Shown: piece after piece, positions 60,152 to 64,000 of the stretch | Layout of the letters: each line of letters opens with the position of its first letter | Position numbering within the stretch: the stretch's first letter is position 1 | NCBI RefSeq assembly: GCF_009914755.1 | Contig: NC_060927.1 | DNA: 64,000 bases | Source of the DNA: the human T2T-CHM13v2.0 reference genome, Homo sapiens | Strand: one strand, 5' to 3' | Position numbers and translations under genes: made by a program | The notes under the pieces: model-generated | What the model was told of the DNA's origin: nothing | The model's database searches: none | What the model saw: only the letters and a program-made list of their open reading frames with translations

Positions 60152-60492
60152 TAAATGAATATCCATAAATGTATACATAAATCATTAATTATCCTGTAAC
60201 ATCAACTCTAATAGCCATTTCATATTCACTATTCCTCAATTGTTCTAGAATGTCTTCCCTCCCTCCCTTCCTTCCTTCTTTCCTTCCTTCCTTCCTTCCC
60301 TCTCTCTCTCTTTCTTTCTCTCTCTCTGTCTCTCTTTTCTGGAGATGGGGCCCCCCTGTTTTGCCCAGGCTGGTCTTGAACTCCTGGACACAAGCAACCC
60401 TCCCACCTTAGTCTCCCAAAGTGCTGGAATTACATGAGTTAGCCACTGTGCCTGGCTTAGAATGTCTTTTTTATAGCTGTTTGGTTGGGAAC

Positions 60493-61396
<904 letters not shown>

Positions 61397-61932
61397 GAAC
61401 CAAGAATCTGCAATACGTACAGCAGTTAATCAGTAACTTCAATCCTTTATTGGAAGGAACAAGAGTTTCCTGGCCGGGGGCGGTGGCTGACGCCTGTAAT
61501 CCCAGCACTTTGGGAGGCCAAGGCCAGCGGATTGCCTGAGGTAGGGAGTTCGAGACCAGCCTGACCCACATGGTGAAACCTTGTCTCTACTAAAAATACA
61601 AAAATTATCCGGGCGTGGTGGCAGGCGCCTGTAACCACAGCTACTCGGGAGGCTGAGGCAGGAGAATCGCTTGAACTGGGAGGCGGAGGTTGCAGTTAGC
61701 CGAGACGGGGCCTTGGCACTCCATCCAGCCTGAGGAATGAGAGCGAAACTCCGTCTCAAAAAAAAAAAAAAAAAGTTTCCGAGCAATTCACCTTTTCGCA
61801 CATTGGGGCAGGGTATGCCATTTCCTGGGAGGCACAGTAGTTTGAGGTTGGGAATAGGGAAGTCTCATTGTGACCCCTAGAAAGACAAGCCTTCAGGCTA
61901 ACCCGGTAACACCCATCGTCAGGAATCCTTCA

Positions 61933-61951
61933 CGGCCGCCAGAGGGCGCAA
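61933..61951 (+). promoter_or_regulatory. CTCF motif
   Basis: CGGCCGCCAGAGGGCGCAA closely matches the CTCF core consensus. Confidence 0.7.
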
Positions 61952-62091
61952 GGAGCTGCGGCTGGAAGTACTCGGAGGGCCGGCGGAGGAGGCGCGCGGA
62001 GCCTGTAACTCGCAGCGCGCGCTGGAGGTGGGCGCGGGGCGGTGCGGTGCGGTGCGCGCGGGGCGGTGCCGCGGCGGCGGAGGGAGCCGCG

Positions 62092-62118
62092 ATGGAGGGC
62101 GCTCCGACTGTCCGTCAG
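62092..62118 (+). CDS. GRAMD1C: First coding exon of GRAMD1C (Aster-C), MEGAPTVRQ; the gene continues beyond the window
   Basis: gccgcgATGG Kozak context in a CpG island and donor CAG|gtaagc; peptide recognised as the GRAMD1C N-terminus. Confidence 0.88.
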
Positions 62119-63116
62119 GTAAGCGGGCCTCGCTGGGGCAGGTTCCCATCTGTGGCTTTAGCCTACTTTTTCTCACGGTGATTGCTTGAACCTTCTCAGA
62201 TTACAGTTAATCCCTCCCTTCCCTTTTCTTCGTGCTCTTTGGAGTAATACGGAAAGTTGTTACCGAGGAAACGGTTTCCTGTGCCTCTGCGAGCCCTTTC
62301 CCTACGGGCGGTGGTGGGGACATTTGCTTCCCTGTGGGCGTTGAGGGCTTGAATTTGGTCCCGAAATGTCCTGGTGCGGATGTCTCAGCCCCAGGCCCCC
62401 TTGGGTCAGGCCCCATGGTCGTGATTCTGACCCACTGTCAACGTTTTTTCCAGCCTTGCCCCCTTCCTTTCATTCTCAGCCCTGTTGTAAAGGTCCGGAT
62501 AGTTTAAATCACTGTGCTGTCAGCCAAGTTTTTGATTTCAACTAGTCTAGTTTTATTTGTTTACTACCTTATTTGACAAAACGGAAAGCGTGCTTATTAA
62601 TATTCAGGATGAAACCCCGCTTTTGTTGGACGGGCGCCTGCGTTTCTGAACACCATCCTCCTTCTACATTGGTTTGTGTGTATGTATTTTACTTTTAGAG
62701 AACTGCGGTCAGTGCTATATCTTCTGAAGAGCGTTATAGTTTACAGATTAGTGGAGGTACACAAATAATTGTTGAATGAACAGATGAATGAGTGTTATTT
62801 CACTTGATTTGAAAAACATTACTATGAAATAGTCAAGCTGGATATTCATGAACCCAATCAGTCACTGATTCAGTTATGTCCCTGGCACTGGGTGTTCGGG
62901 ATTAGATGGTGATTAACACAGACATGATCCCTGCTCTCAATAAGCTTATTGTCTAGACTAGAGATAAAATTATTTCCTCTATTGTAGAGTTAAGGAACAG
63001 ATGTACAGAGATTGACTTTGCTAAGGACCACACAGCTAATAAGTCAGAGAGACAGGAATCTACTGTAGCCACCCCAGAAAGCCAGAATGGACCCCCATCC
63101 CAAATTTGATTCAGGT

Positions 63117-63447
<331 letters not shown>

Positions 63448-63633
63448 CTGAAAAAGTCTTTTACTTACATAATTAAGGTCTCCAGGGAGAGCAAGGCAGG
63501 CCTCTCAAGCAGCACTAAAATGGCTTAAGAGAGCCTCAGGAAAAAACTGGCTCCAGGTCTTTTTTTCACCCTTGATGTTTGATGACTGACCTGCACCATT
63601 TGAATTTGAATTTGAATTTAAGTCAGCCATTGT

Positions 63634-63923
63634 GGCCCAGTGCAGTGGCTCATGCCTGTAATTCTAGCACTTTGGGAGGCCAAGGCAGAAAGAAGTATCG
63701 CTTGAGGACAGGAATTTGAGACCAGCCTGGGCAACAAAGCAAGACCCTGTATCTACCAAAATAAAAAAAAAAAAGAAAGAAAAATTAACTGGGCATGGTT
63801 GTGTGGCGCCTGTGGTCCTAGCTATTTGGGAGGCTGAGATAGGAAGATCACTTGAGCACAGGAGGTTGAGACTGCAGTGACCCCTGTTTGTGCCATTGCA
63901 CTCCAGCCTGGGTGACAGAGACC
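63634..63923 (+). mobile_element. AluJ
   Basis: Diverged Alu consensus. Confidence 0.85.
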
Positions 63924-64000
63924 AAATTATTTTCAGAAATTTAACCAAGGTGGTAGGCCTTACACTATGTGTGGCACAATAGCCCATCCTCCTTTTGTGA

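Larger units (their letters stand above)
61900..62350. promoter_or_regulatory. CpG island promoter of GRAMD1C
   Basis: The only non-Alu GC/CpG-dense segment in the window; GC boxes GGGGCGG at about 62036 and 62060; ETS-like CTGGAAGT at 61962. Confidence 0.9.

Noticed and set aside
61818-61843. ZNF143/SBS-like motif (reverse ACTAC...TCCCAG) upstream of GRAMD1C
   Set aside because: The spacing between the two half-motifs is longer than the consensus.
61870-62507. ORFs across the CpG island on both strands
   Set aside because: Expected from stop-codon scarcity in GC-rich DNA; only 62092-62118 has a Kozak context, a splice donor and a recognised peptide.

Overview
This is primate (human-like) nuclear genomic DNA, AT-rich and dense in Alu repeats (about 65 copies or fragments by eye). 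It contains the complete coding region of ATP6V1A, the V-ATPase V1 catalytic subunit A, on the + strand. There are 14 coding exons, numbered 2-15 on the assumption of one upstream non-coding exon outside the window. ATG is at 1952 and TAG at 32621-32623. The exon lengths sum to 1854 nt (617 aa plus stop) and stay in frame across every junction. The 3'UTR runs to about 35250. A roughly 27-kb repeat-rich intergenic region follows (Alu, L1M, L2, MIR, MaLR/ERV LTRs, hAT and Tc-Mar DNA transposon fossils), then the CpG-island promoter and first coding exon (MEGAPTVRQ) of GRAMD1C on the same strand. Apart from ORFs overlapping these exons, the supplied ORFs look like Alu, repeat or low-complexity artefacts. 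I found no convincing new multi-gene system. The strongest observations are a U12-type (minor) intron in ATP6V1A, a possible recursive splice site at the start-codon exon, a 60-bp duplication enclosing a templated insertion copied from 1.3 kb away, a 22-nt retroposed RNA end of unknown origin, a tail-less Alu at a duplicated junction, and a sense MaLR LTR with a splice donor upstream of GRAMD1C. Gene and repeat family names come from recognition, not database searches, and repeat boundaries are approximate.
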